Origin: a virus
Lineage: Duplodnaviria; Caudoviricetes
Direction: 5' to 3' (one strand)
DNA: 64,000 bases
Virus record (IMG/VR): IMGVR_UViG_3300031998_000072
Coordinates: 3,428-67,427 of that record
Of this stretch, positions 8,999-18,821 are shown in pieces. How positions within the stretch are numbered: the first letter of the stretch is position 1; every line of letters begins with the position of its first letter. Both the position numbers and the translations under genes were made by a program. The notes under the pieces were generated by a model. It had not been told where the DNA came from, searched no databases, and worked only from the letters and a program-made list of their open reading frames with translations.

Positions 8999-11900
8999 TT
9001 AGAAACCTCGTGACATAGAGAGTTGCCTCTGAGTCTGTCTGTAAATGTCGATACGAGACAGAGCCTTCGGCGAGTAGTTGTTTTGTGTGAAATTATAGAC
9101 GTTTTGCCATCTATCTTTCATGAAAGGATTGAGCTCAGAATCCTTATTGATGTAATCACCAATAGCTGCATTCTGTGCTGCTGAAAGTGAAGACATTACA
9201 ATACCATTTGCCTTGTTTGCATCAGATGCAAGTTTATCAAGGTCGAATGTGGGAGTAAGGTCTGCTTTATTCTTTTCCAAATTCTTTTTAAGATCTTTAG
9301 CTTCATTAACTGCTTTGTTCTTATCGTCTTTAAGATTATTTTTGTTTTTACCTGTGTTGAAATTCCAAGTATTAAGTTTCGGATCACTAGGAAGTCTACT
9401 TGTTACATCCTTCCAGAAATTCTTTAAACCATCAGCAATACTTGTTTTTGATTTCTTTCCGTTAATGCCCAACTGTTTGATAGCTGCTTCATAATCGGCT
9501 TCAAATTGTTTGGAACTAAGTGTTCCATCTTGTGCCATCTTAGCCGTTGTATTTTTAACAATGGCATCCAATTGAGCTTTAAGATTATTAACTTTAGCAT
9601 TTTGTTGCTCTAGATCTTTCTTAGATTGAATATATTCTTTATAGTTACTTGAATTAACTTGGCCTGTTTCAGCCTTATGTTGCCAATCAGCAGCATTGGC
9701 TTCCATTTTAGCACGTTTGTCAAGTTCTTTCTCAAGAGCAGCTGTTATCTCTTTCTGAGAAGCTTCGTAAGCATCTACTTCAGCTTTCATTATTGCAACA
9801 GATTTCTCTAAGCTGCTTGCTTCGAGTTTCTTTTGCTGCTTTTGTCTGGCAAACATAAGAGCAACCATTTTCTTTGATTCCTCTTCTGCTTGCTCTTCAG
9901 ACATTCCTCTATATTTCAATTCATTCTTAATAATTTCTTGAGCTTGAGATTTAGATTTTCCTACTAATTGCTTCTTTTTATCTTCAGCAACATCAACAAG
10001 AAGACTATTAGTTTTAAGTTGCTGTTCCAAAGCCATCATGGAAGCTTCCTCTTCTGTAGAAAGAACTTCACTCCAACTACGAGTTGTAGCCGCTTCCAAT
10101 GACTGAATTGAAGACCATAATATTTGTTCTTTATCTCTTTGAACACCAAATAAATAATCTACTATCTTTTGTGTTTCTTCCAATCTAGCATCTTCATCAT
10201 TAAGTCCAAGTTCTTGAGCCTGATGATAAGCAAGATTATCAATATAAATTCTTGCCTGTTGTTCCGATAGTCCAAGTAATGCATCTTTTTGCTTAAGAAT
10301 TTCTTCAGTCAACGCCTTATGGAATGATACTTCCTTTTCTTCTCCACTACCGTATTCTGTGTATTTTATACCTTCATAAGTATTAAGGCCTTTTCTAGTA
10401 TCTAGTTCGACACCTACCTTTTTATATGCATCTTCTATTGTTTTAGAACCAGTTATTGTTTCTTTTATAAGCTTTTTATTATTGCTATTCATCACATTAA
10501 CTAATTCTTTTCCACCATTAGAAAGAGCATTTTTAGCACCAAGGATATAATTCCAATAAATATTATAAGACTTTTTAGAAGGAGAGTGTTCGTCAAGATC
10601 AACTTTAGCTCCTGCAATTAATCCGTCATTTGCTTTAGATTGAACATCGACCAATGCATCTTCCATTCCTGCAAGACCATCTACAGCACCTTGTTTATAA
10701 TTCTCTGTTATTTCTTTAGAACCTTCATATGCTTTTTTGCTAGCTTCTTTAACATTCTTTTCGAGATTCTTATCAAAGAAACTTAAACCAACATCAGCAT
10801 TTTCGGCATTTTCGTCCCAAACATTTTTCCAACCAGTAACTATACTTCCAAATGAATTTGAAGCAGTATCTTCCAAACCTTTTACAACATTTCCAAGATT
10901 ATCTGATATTCCTTTAGCCCAATCCCATCCAAATGTTTGATATAAAAGATCGGCCCAACCAGCTATTGGCTGAGTTAAAAGTTTAGTAGCTTGCGCCGCT
11001 AACCATGCTACAATTCCGAGTAAACTTCTTGCTAGCGTAAGACCAAACTGTATCATTATACGGCCAAGTTTTTCAAAACCATCTACAAGAACTTGTTCTA
11101 ATCCCTTCATAGAGAAAAGATCTTCCATCTTATAGCTGTCTTGAACTTCTCCGGTCCATCTCTTCCAAGCGCCTCTAAGCGCTATTACAGCAGTTGTAAT
11201 AGCTGCTACAGCAAGAGCTATTGCTCCAAGAGATGCGCAGACATTTCCAGCAGTTGAAGAAAATGCACCGCCTGTTTTAGAGAACGATGCAAATATTCCT
11301 TGGCCTTCTTTTGCTAATTTGACATTTGTTTTAAGATATCCAGATAAATTCTTAAAAGCAGTAGAAACATTTTCTACAGTGTCTTTTGAATTCTTAAAAC
11401 CAGTTACTAAAGTATTGTAATTACTTATTGTTTTAAGAATATTAGGAACAACATATTTTCCAAGAACTGTTGCTATTCCTAAACCGCCAATCCATTTAGA
11501 AACGTCCGCTTCTTTAAAGAAACCTTCTCCATCTTTATCAAAGAAAGCATTTAAAGCAGCAGTAACTTCGGTTGCTATAAAATCAACAGCTTCTTTAATA
11601 ATTTTTGCAATATCATCTTTTCTTGACTTAAGAATTCCTACAACTTTTCCTGCAATATCTATAACAAGATTTACAAATTTCTCAGCAACTTGATTATATG
11701 TTTCGCCTACCGAAATTACTTGATTAACAAAACCAGTTATGAAAGAAGTAAATACTGTTCCTGCCGATTGGCCAATATTATAAAATAATTTCTTAAGTTC
11801 TGGTAATGCATCACTAATTACTTTAGCTATATAAGTTAACTTACTAACAATTTTTCCTGAGGTTTTGTCAGCATCAGAATTAGAAATATCAACTGCGTTT

Positions 11901-14900
11901 ATAGATGTTATAAGAGCAGCAATTCCAGCAGTTAATATTCCAAAAGATGCAACAATAGCAGATATAGCAAACGCAATACCCTCTATTACTTTTACAAATT
12001 TAGTAGAAAAATCACTTTTAGCTTTAGCAGTTACAGCAGCCATAAATGCTAATAATGATACAGTTGCAACTGATAGTATACCTATAGTTACAACTATAGA
12101 TGCCGGAATAGAACCTGCTTTACTAAGTAAATATATAGCGCCTGCTATAGCTAAAACAGATCCAGTTAATATGGCAGCTAATGCGTTCAATTTTCCAAAA
12201 GATCTTGCATCCTGTGTTTTTGCTGCTATTCCAAGCATAGCAGCGACCATTCCAGTAAATACAGTTATTAATACACTTATAGCAGCAAGAGCTTGAATCC
12301 AAGTACCTTTTTCGCCATATTGTTTAATATATTTTACAAGTAATGCAAATGATGCTGCAATTGCGACTACTGCTACAACAGCTCCTGTTATAGATATAGA
12401 AATTTTCTTAAGTTTATTAAAATTGCTAGCATTAGAAGTTATTCCAGCTATAGTAACTGCTACTACGCTAAGAAAAGCTATTAAACTAGATACTATAATA
12501 AAACTTGTTTGTAATTTATCTCCTTCAATTTTAGATAATATAGCCATTGCTCCAACTAATACTAATACCGCTAAAGATATTGACATTATTATTTTTGAAA
12601 CTCCAGCTAATTTAAAAAATGAAGAAAATACACTTATACTAGTACCTATTTTAGGACCAAATTTTGACATTATACCCATTACTACTACTAAAGCGCCAAT
12701 AGATATAGTCAATGCTTTTATTAATCTAATAATAACATTTACTGGTTCTTCTATCTCTTTTGGATTCTTAAACACAATTTTTAATGCAATTATTGATGCA
12801 ACAATTATAGCAATAGCTATAGCTATATCTTTAGCAGCCTTGCCAAACATTCTTGCATTTAAACCTTTTGCTATTTTTATTCCAAAAACTCCAATTGGTC
12901 CTAAACTATTATTTATTCCAGATACCAAACTATCAAGAGAATTATTAAATTTAGAAATTGCATTAATTATTGGCGGTAATGTTAAAGACACTACAGCCAT
13001 AAAACTCGTAAATATTACTAAACCATCTTCAAGATTATCATACGGAATAAGTGATAATAAAGCCATAGAACCAGCAAGGATACCAATTGCGATAGCAATA
13101 TTAAGTATCATCTTTGACTGAGCTTCTTTTTGATAAGCTTTAATTACATCTATTCCAGCAGATAATAAATTATTAATATTATCTATTATACTAATCTTTT
13201 TAAACGTTTTAATTAAATGAGATATACTTAAACTAGCAGCGGCTACTCCGCCACCAATCAAACCTATTTTTTTAGCAATTTTATCAAATGTAAATTCTCC
13301 ATTTGTTCCAATAGATTTGAAAAAATCAGAAACTGGTGTAAAGAAACTTTTAATCTTTTCCCATATAGAAGTTACTTTCTTTCCAGTAGTATCTAATTTT
13401 TCACTAAGATTGGAATATTGCTTATCTATTTCATATGTTGCTGTTTTAACTTTTCCAACAACATTTGATTTATTAAAAATACTTCCTAATTTAGAGAAAA
13501 ATGTGCCTAATACTCCACCAATTTTCTTAGTAACTTGCTCAAAATTTAAAAGTCCTCTTCCATAATCACTTAATGCTTTTAAAACATTAAGAATTACTTT
13601 CTTAGGACCTTCAAGCCATGACCAATCTATATTATTCTTTGCGTTTCTAAGTGCACCAAATATTGCATTAAGTACATTCCACAAAGAAGTCACTACCATT
13701 TTGAATAATCCAAAGGCAGCGCTCATTGGTTTAATATTAAGTTCTTTAAAATATTCTTTAAGATTCTTAATCGTCTTTTTTAGACCATCAAAGACCCATA
13801 AAATAGCACCCAATACAGGATACTTCTTACCAAGTTCGTCAATGTTGTCTAAAAAGTAATCCATAACGTATCCAAAGATTTGCCAATCTTTAGCAGCATC
13901 TCTAAATACAGTTATCTTATCCCCAAATTGTCCTAATTTCTTAATTATTCCTACTAGACCTTTATTTGTATTACCAAAAAAGTCATTAAAAAATGGAATT
14001 CTCTTAATTATGGATTTAATCGGTTGAGAAATTGCCATCCAAGCGATATCTACTGCAGAAGCAAGACCTCTAAAGAATCTTATAAGATCTTTAATAGCAT
14101 CTGTTACTTTCTCAATATCGCTTGTATCCCATAACTCTTGTCCATCTTTTTGTATTTTTCCAGTATTTAAAACAAAAGCTCTAGTAAATTTTTCTACTAC
14201 ACTTAAAACTTTTCTGGCTGCAGCAGCAATTCTATCAACTGGGAAAATGTTATAAAAACCAGTTTTGACAGACTTAAGAAATGTCTTAACAATAGCAAGC
14301 ATATTCTCAATAATCTGTCTAAAGTTATCTTGACCAGATTTCCATTTTCCATCTACGCCTTTATCTTTACCACTAACTATTTGTTTAAATAATTCATTTC
14401 TAATATTAGCATTATTATCGATAAAATCACTTATTACATTACTAATTCTAGTATAAAGCTTTTTAGCATCTTCAAGATCACCAAGAAGAATTCGGAATGA
14501 TTGAGCCCAACCAGAACCAATTGCTTCTCCAATGGTATCCATTAACTGCTTAAAAGTCTTAACTCTAGTTGCTGCTTCTTCTGCGGCATTAGCAATTTCT
14601 CTAAGTTCACTTATTTGTTTTTTAGTATATCCTTTTCTCTTAAGATCGGCCTCATCCAAAGCGCCAGACATAATGTCCATTGCTTCTGTAAATACATCTT
14701 TAGTAAGCCAACCTTCTCGTAGAGATTCTCTGAGAGATCCCCACTTTTTTATCATTCCATCGATGTCTTTACCAGTTTGTTTGCCTTTTACTTTCATTGT
14801 TCTGGCAACTTCAGTTATAACTTTGTTAAACTGCTTACCAGCGATACCAGAAAGTTCCAAAGATCTCCAAGTAACATTTGTAAATCTTCCGCTTGACATG

Positions 14901-15481
14901 GCTCTTGAAACGGCATTCCATGCCATCTGAGCTTTCTGCATATTAGCGCCAACAAGGGCTGCAGAGTTTGCCAAGCCTTTAATTGTACTTACTGAACTTT
15001 TTAATCCAACACCAGCGGAACTAAACATACCTATCATTCTAGTCATTTGACCGAAATTATAGATAGTTTTATCAGCATAATCATTTAATTCATCAAGTGC
15101 ATTATTAACATCTTGAAGACTATTTCCATTTTGTTTAACATTTTGATAGATAGCTTCAGTGGATTCAATAATAGTATTGTATTCCCCCATGCCATCTCGC
15201 ATGCCTTTTGTTAGAGCGCCCCAAGCTTTCTTTCCAAGATTATATATATCTTTTCCAAGGCTACTAAGAACACCAAGCATTACTTGACCTTTTATCGAGA
15301 AGGTATTTGCTAAATTACTAAAACTTGTATTAATATTGTTTAAATGCTCTTTATTATCAAAAATACTTAGTCTCTGATCCAAGCTATTTAAAGCTTTAAT
15401 ACTATCATTAATATTTCCGTCGAAGTTGGAATTGTCAAATGACATTTTTACAACTTGCTCGTCGACTTGTGAATGTGGCAT
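8999..15481 (-). CDS. tape measure protein
   Basis: 2160 aa, helical, central TM-rich block; N-terminal tape-measure domain (LDELNDYADKTIYNFGQMT). Confidence 0.93.
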   Translation of the reverse strand: MPHSQVDEQVVKMSFDNSNFDGNINDSIKALNSLDQRLSIFDNKEHLNNINTSFSNLANTFSIKGQVMLGVLSSLGKDIYNLGKKAWGALTKGMRDGMGEYNTIIESTEAIYQNVKQNGNSLQDVNNALDELNDYADKTIYNFGQMTRMIGMFSSAGVGLKSSVSTIKGLANSAALVGANMQKAQMAWNAVSRAMSSGRFTNVTWRSLELSGIAGKQFNKVITEVARTMKVKGKQTGKDIDGMIKKWGSLRESLREGWLTKDVFTEAMDIMSGALDEADLKRKGYTKKQISELREIANAAEEAATRVKTFKQLMDTIGEAIGSGWAQSFRILLGDLEDAKKLYTRISNVISDFIDNNANIRNELFKQIVSGKDKGVDGKWKSGQDNFRQIIENMLAIVKTFLKSVKTGFYNIFPVDRIAAAARKVLSVVEKFTRAFVLNTGKIQKDGQELWDTSDIEKVTDAIKDLIRFFRGLASAVDIAWMAISQPIKSIIKRIPFFNDFFGNTNKGLVGIIKKLGQFGDKITVFRDAAKDWQIFGYVMDYFLDNIDELGKKYPVLGAILWVFDGLKKTIKNLKEYFKELNIKPMSAAFGLFKMVVTSLWNVLNAIFGALRNAKNNIDWSWLEGPKKVILNVLKALSDYGRGLLNFEQVTKKIGGVLGTFFSKLGSIFNKSNVVGKVKTATYEIDKQYSNLSEKLDTTGKKVTSIWEKIKSFFTPVSDFFKSIGTNGEFTFDKIAKKIGLIGGGVAAASLSISHLIKTFKKISIIDNINNLLSAGIDVIKAYQKEAQSKMILNIAIAIGILAGSMALLSLIPYDNLEDGLVIFTSFMAVVSLTLPPIINAISKFNNSLDSLVSGINNSLGPIGVFGIKIAKGLNARMFGKAAKDIAIAIAIIVASIIALKIVFKNPKEIEEPVNVIIRLIKALTISIGALVVVMGIMSKFGPKIGTSISVFSSFFKLAGVSKIIMSISLAVLVLVGAMAILSKIEGDKLQTSFIIVSSLIAFLSVVAVTIAGITSNASNFNKLKKISISITGAVVAVVAIAASFALLVKYIKQYGEKGTWIQALAAISVLITVFTGMVAAMLGIAAKTQDARSFGKLNALAAILTGSVLAIAGAIYLLSKAGSIPASIVVTIGILSVATVSLLAFMAAVTAKAKSDFSTKFVKVIEGIAFAISAIVASFGILTAGIAALITSINAVDISNSDADKTSGKIVSKLTYIAKVISDALPELKKLFYNIGQSAGTVFTSFITGFVNQVISVGETYNQVAEKFVNLVIDIAGKVVGILKSRKDDIAKIIKEAVDFIATEVTAALNAFFDKDGEGFFKEADVSKWIGGLGIATVLGKYVVPNILKTISNYNTLVTGFKNSKDTVENVSTAFKNLSGYLKTNVKLAKEGQGIFASFSKTGGAFSSTAGNVCASLGAIALAVAAITTAVIALRGAWKRWTGEVQDSYKMEDLFSMKGLEQVLVDGFEKLGRIMIQFGLTLARSLLGIVAWLAAQATKLLTQPIAGWADLLYQTFGWDWAKGISDNLGNVVKGLEDTASNSFGSIVTGWKNVWDENAENADVGLSFFDKNLEKNVKEASKKAYEGSKEITENYKQGAVDGLAGMEDALVDVQSKANDGLIAGAKVDLDEHSPSKKSYNIYWNYILGAKNALSNGGKELVNVMNSNNKKLIKETITGSKTIEDAYKKVGVELDTRKGLNTYEGIKYTEYGSGEEKEVSFHKALTEEILKQKDALLGLSEQQARIYIDNLAYHQAQELGLNDEDARLEETQKIVDYLFGVQRDKEQILWSSIQSLEAATTRSWSEVLSTEEEASMMALEQQLKTNSLLVDVAEDKKKQLVGKSKSQAQEIIKNELKYRGMSEEQAEEESKKMVALMFARQKQQKKLEASSLEKSVAIMKAEVDAYEASQKEITAALEKELDKRAKMEANAADWQHKAETGQVNSSNYKEYIQSKKDLEQQNAKVNNLKAQLDAIVKNTTAKMAQDGTLSSKQFEADYEAAIKQLGINGKKSKTSIADGLKNFWKDVTSRLPSDPKLNTWNFNTGKNKNNLKDDKNKAVNEAKDLKKNLEKNKADLTPTFDLDKLASDANKANGIVMSSLSAAQNAAIGDYINKDSELNPFMKDRWQNVYNFTQNNYSPKALSRIDIYRQTQRQLSMSRGF

Positions 15482-15484
15482 TCT

Positions 15485-15868
15485 TTAACCCTCCTTCCCG
15501 AAAAAGTATTCATTAATCTTGTTAATTACTGGTCTTATTGCAGAATCAATGTAATTGTATCCCTGTGTCCAAGAACCATCCAATGCAGCATGTCCTGTAT
15601 CTATAATTATAGCAATATTGACATGATCATTAACATTAGTATTATACCAAGTAAGATGGGTTTCGCCACCTTCTTCATAAATCTCATAATACCAAGAATT
15701 TGCAGTTTTACCAGTTCGGACTGGGGTAGCAGCCTGCAATCTGTCTACCCCCATTTGTCCAAACTCATTAAGTTTAATAAACTTTTTATCTACTTTCATC
15801 TTTTCAAGACGATTTTTCATTCTATTATTAAATCTTTTGTCATATCCAAATGTTACAACTGGTTTCAT
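15485..15868 (-). CDS. HK97 gp10-like tail component
   Basis: LQAATPVRTGKTANSWYYEI motif. Confidence 0.7.
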   Translation of the reverse strand: MKPVVTFGYDKRFNNRMKNRLEKMKVDKKFIKLNEFGQMGVDRLQAATPVRTGKTANSWYYEIYEEGGETHLTWYNTNVNDHVNIAIIIDTGHAALDGSWTQGYNYIDSAIRPVINKINEYFFGKEG

Positions 15869-15884
15869 AATAGAATTCTCCTTA

Positions 15885-16430
15885 TTATCCTCTAGTATGC
15901 AAAGCCGCCCTTCTCATCTTATTTAAAGAAGCATTCTGGCTAAGAATACTCATAGGGGACATCTTATTAGCAGGCATATTTTCAAGAGAACAAACCCTTA
16001 TTAAAGTCATAAGTCTATTCAAATGCCATTTCTGACATGGATCGAATGGTATTTCATTCTTTATCATCCATGAATAGATTACTTCAGACGTAATTATCTT
16101 ATTGACAGGAGGCGGTGTTTTATCTTCAGCAAACCACGTTGCAGTCATACTATCATAAATATACGATACAATATCTGCTTTATTTCTTTCAGATATATTT
16201 TCAAATACGTCATCTGGAACATTCGATAAAGACATACACCTAACATAGTCAATAAATTCTTCATCCGTCTTTTGATGTTTTTCATCTAAGAAAGGTTTGT
16301 GCCATTTTGACTCCCATTTTGAAATAGAAATCAAAGAATGCTCAAGGGTTAATTCCTGCGGCTTAGAAAAAACAAATTCATTTTTGTTTTCATCAAAAAA
16401 TTCTCTTTCAGGTATAACTATCTTTAGCAT
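15885..16430 (-). CDS. tail assembly chaperone-like protein
   Basis: Position before TMP; LEHSLISISKWESKWHKPFL and CQKWHLNRLMTLIRVC motifs. Confidence 0.65.
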   Translation of the reverse strand: MLKIVIPEREFFDENKNEFVFSKPQELTLEHSLISISKWESKWHKPFLDEKHQKTDEEFIDYVRCMSLSNVPDDVFENISERNKADIVSYIYDSMTATWFAEDKTPPPVNKIITSEVIYSWMIKNEIPFDPCQKWHLNRLMTLIRVCSLENMPANKMSPMSILSQNASLNKMRRAALHTRG

Positions 16431-16448
16431 TCATATCACCTCTAAAAA

Positions 16449-16883
16449 TTAGTTATTTCCAGAAGGAAGTCCAGACGCTTTTGCCTGGAGATTCTGCTTA
16501 TTTGCTTCATTTATAAGATCCTTAGGCAAAATACTATTAATGAATATAGCTGCCTTATCAGGGTCCATCAAAAGTTCTGTAAAAAGTGCATCAAATGCAG
16601 GTGTCTGTTCGAATGTCTCTGCAAGAGATACGCCATTTCTCTTTTTAATAAAAGCACGACCGTCGTCGGACTTTTCGCCATAAGCCTTAAGGATAATTTC
16701 CTTAAAGATTTTCATAATTTCTCCGCCATCATTAGCGTTAGTAATTCTTTCAAGTTTAGCCGTAAAACCGCCAGGTGTAGTAAGTTCCATCTCTGTCAGT
16801 TCAGACTTTGAAATAAAGAAATAAAGGTCCTCTGTACGAGTATTTCCATCATAATCTTCATAAGTAATAGTTTTCTTTAACAT
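16449..16883 (-). CDS. tail assembly chaperone
   Basis: MLKKTITYEDYDGN...LYF...ILKAYGEKS.DGR.FIK; follows the major tail gene. Confidence 0.7.
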   Translation of the reverse strand: MLKKTITYEDYDGNTRTEDLYFFISKSELTEMELTTPGGFTAKLERITNANDGGEIMKIFKEIILKAYGEKSDDGRAFIKKRNGVSLAETFEQTPAFDALFTELLMDPDKAAIFINSILPKDLINEANKQNLQAKASGLPSGNN

Positions 16884-16907
16884 AGTATTTAAGTCCTTTC
16901 AAGAATT

Positions 16908-16945
16908 AAAAAGGCGGGCCAGCCTAACTGAATACCCGCCAAAAA
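16908..16945 (-). terminator. intrinsic terminator after major tail gene
   Basis: GGCGGG/CCCGCC stem flanked by T/A tracts on both sides. Confidence 0.7.
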
Positions 16946-16953
16946 TTGTTAAA

Positions 16954-17844
16954 TCAGCCGTTTCCTGTTGTAGCAAGAAGTGTATAAACTGCTGAAGGGA
17001 GCGGGAGGTAAGGATCTGTAGGATCAACACCAGAACCACCATTAGTTCCATAAAGAGCATTCTCAAGAGCGGTGAGACCATCCTGTGTACACTTTGTAGA
17101 ATCGATAGTGATGAGAGCCGTAGGCTTATAAGTAACACCATTGATTGTGCAAGAAACAGGTGTGGTTGTAACAGTCCATGAGAATGTAATAGCAGAAGGG
17201 CTATCATTAACTGTTTCGTACGATCTCTCCGAAGGAGATGCCTTACAACCATAAAGAAGATGGAGCTTATAACCGTGATCCTGGCCATCAGTATCGTTAC
17301 CAAGAGCAGTTCTGTAGCAAAGACCGAAAGTCTTTCTTGCCTGCTGTCCAACCATCATAGGCATCGTGGAAGGCAGAAGCTCCCAGTGGGCTGCAGTCCA
17401 TTCCTCAGCTGTCTCAATAGCTGCCTTAGCCTTATAGTTATGTCCTTCGTGAGAAACAACAGCATCCTTAGCATATGTGCTAGAAGAAGAGTATGCAGGT
17501 GCAAGAATCTCAATGCCAGCTGAGCCATCGCATACTGCGAACTCATCAGGATATGTGTAAGCATTGATGGTAGCGCCAAGCTCCTCTGCGGAATAGAGGT
17601 TAAGATACTTAATATCGTCAGCATAAAGTGCTGTAGCCTCTGCACCAGAGGGTGACTCGGTAACACCAGTCAAACCATTCCAAGCAACACCAGGAGTATA
17701 AGGACCAGTTGATGCATTTACCTTAGAACTATCGTAAACATAGAGAACGCCATTCTTTGTACCGGTTTCAAACAGTCTTTCGCCTGTCTTATCCCATTCA
17801 AGTTTAGCCATTTGAGTTTCCTCCTTAATAAATTTTAATTCCAA
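16954..17844 (-). CDS. major tail protein with internal CBM-like insertion (likely start 17811)
   Basis: AKLEWDKTGERLFETG...GVAWNGLT.VTESPSGAE...LYADDIKY...GYKLHLLYG motifs; RBS AGGAGG before ATG at 17811. Confidence 0.88.
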   Translation of the reverse strand: MELKFIKEETQMAKLEWDKTGERLFETGTKNGVLYVYDSSKVNASTGPYTPGVAWNGLTGVTESPSGAEATALYADDIKYLNLYSAEELGATINAYTYPDEFAVCDGSAGIEILAPAYSSSSTYAKDAVVSHEGHNYKAKAAIETAEEWTAAHWELLPSTMPMMVGQQARKTFGLCYRTALGNDTDGQDHGYKLHLLYGCKASPSERSYETVNDSPSAITFSWTVTTTPVSCTINGVTYKPTALITIDSTKCTQDGLTALENALYGTNGGSGVDPTDPYLPLPSAVYTLLATTGNG

Positions 17845-18140
17845 TAGATTATATACTCGTCATGGTATAAACTATCTGAAACAAATTCTCTTTGAAATCT
17901 GCATGTCGGAAGTTTAGCAAGAACATCGATTAGCGGATCATCTGGATCTCTTGTTATATAGATTAATCTATAACCATGATCAAGTTTATAAACATCGTTG
18001 TTAGCGAAAGTACCATCTATACGAGTCCTCGAAAAGACGATACAAGGGTATTTAAGTTTTACATTTTCGGGAGGTTGAAAGTAAACATTACTTGTAAGAG
18101 TTTCAAGATAATGCTGCAAATCTAATCTAGTCTTCGCCAT
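17835..18140 (-). CDS. tail terminator / completion protein
   Basis: NVYFQPPENVKLKYPCIVF motif; position before the major tail gene. Confidence 0.65.
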   Translation of the reverse strand: MAKTRLDLQHYLETLTSNVYFQPPENVKLKYPCIVFSRTRIDGTFANNDVYKLDHGYRLIYITRDPDDPLIDVLAKLPTCRFQREFVSDSLYHDEYIIYWN

Positions 18141-18453
18141 TATACAGTCCTCCCAAAGATAAAATTAACCTAGGAGTTTGGACTTCAACACTGTTGACTT
18201 TCCATTTAGCTCCTAGGTATTTAGCATATCTAATAGATTGAAAATTCTGCATGGCATATTCATTTGCGACTATACTTATTCGATTTGACACGTTAAGATC
18301 TGGATTAACATTATCTGATAATTCAATTCTTTTTGTACTATTCAGAACATCTCCGCTGTATTTCTTTTTAGTAATTGTGGATTTCCAAATACCAGAACCA
18401 GCTGGAGTTTCCGCTGTTGTGGCAAATCCAATCTCAACGTAATACTTAGCCAT
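18127..18453 (-). CDS. head closure / head-tail adaptor
   Basis: ISIVANEYA...IRYA.Y.G.KWKV.SVEV..PRLIL pattern. Confidence 0.65.
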   Translation of the reverse strand: MAKYYVEIGFATTAETPAGSGIWKSTITKKKYSGDVLNSTKRIELSDNVNPDLNVSNRISIVANEYAMQNFQSIRYAKYLGAKWKVNSVEVQTPRLILSLGGLYNGED

Positions 18454-18489
18454 GAGAATTCTCCTCTAAAAATTTGCTTTTATTTTGAA

Positions 18490-18801
18490 TTATGAAGGAT
18501 CTGCAACACCAGCAAGGGAAGCAATGTCAGCGCTTGTAGCGGTTGTGCTATTAGGCTTGATAAAGTAAACAGAACCTACAGAAGAAGACTCTGCATACTT
18601 AACAGGGAATACATAGCCGCCGTTAGAAGCGAGGGCAATAACAGCACCCTTAAGGAATGCATTCTTAAGCTCGCTGGTTGTGAACTTGGTTGTGCAAGCA
18701 GAATCCTTATAAGCATAAGTAGACTCTGATGCCTTCTCGTAAATAACTACTGCTGCAACATTCTTGTCTTCAGCACGCTGGAAAATTCTATCCATGATCA
18801 T
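18490..18801 (-). CDS. probable head-associated small protein
   Basis: Immediately downstream of the capsid gene, with capsid-like codon usage. Confidence 0.45.
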   Translation of the reverse strand: MIMDRIFQRAEDKNVAAVVIYEKASESTYAYKDSACTTKFTTSELKNAFLKGAVIALASNGGYVFPVKYAESSSVGSVYFIKPNSTTATSADIASLAGVADPS

Positions 18802-18821
18802 TTCCTCCTATAAAATTTCTA

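Noticed and set aside
15885-16883. Programmed -1 frameshift between the tail chaperones
   Set aside because: No clear slippery heptamer before the first stop; the second ORF has its own GAGGTGAT RBS.
16899-17351. Frameshifted extension of the major tail protein
   Set aside because: The alternative-frame ORF looks like a codon-bias shadow and runs into the terminator; no slippery site was identified.
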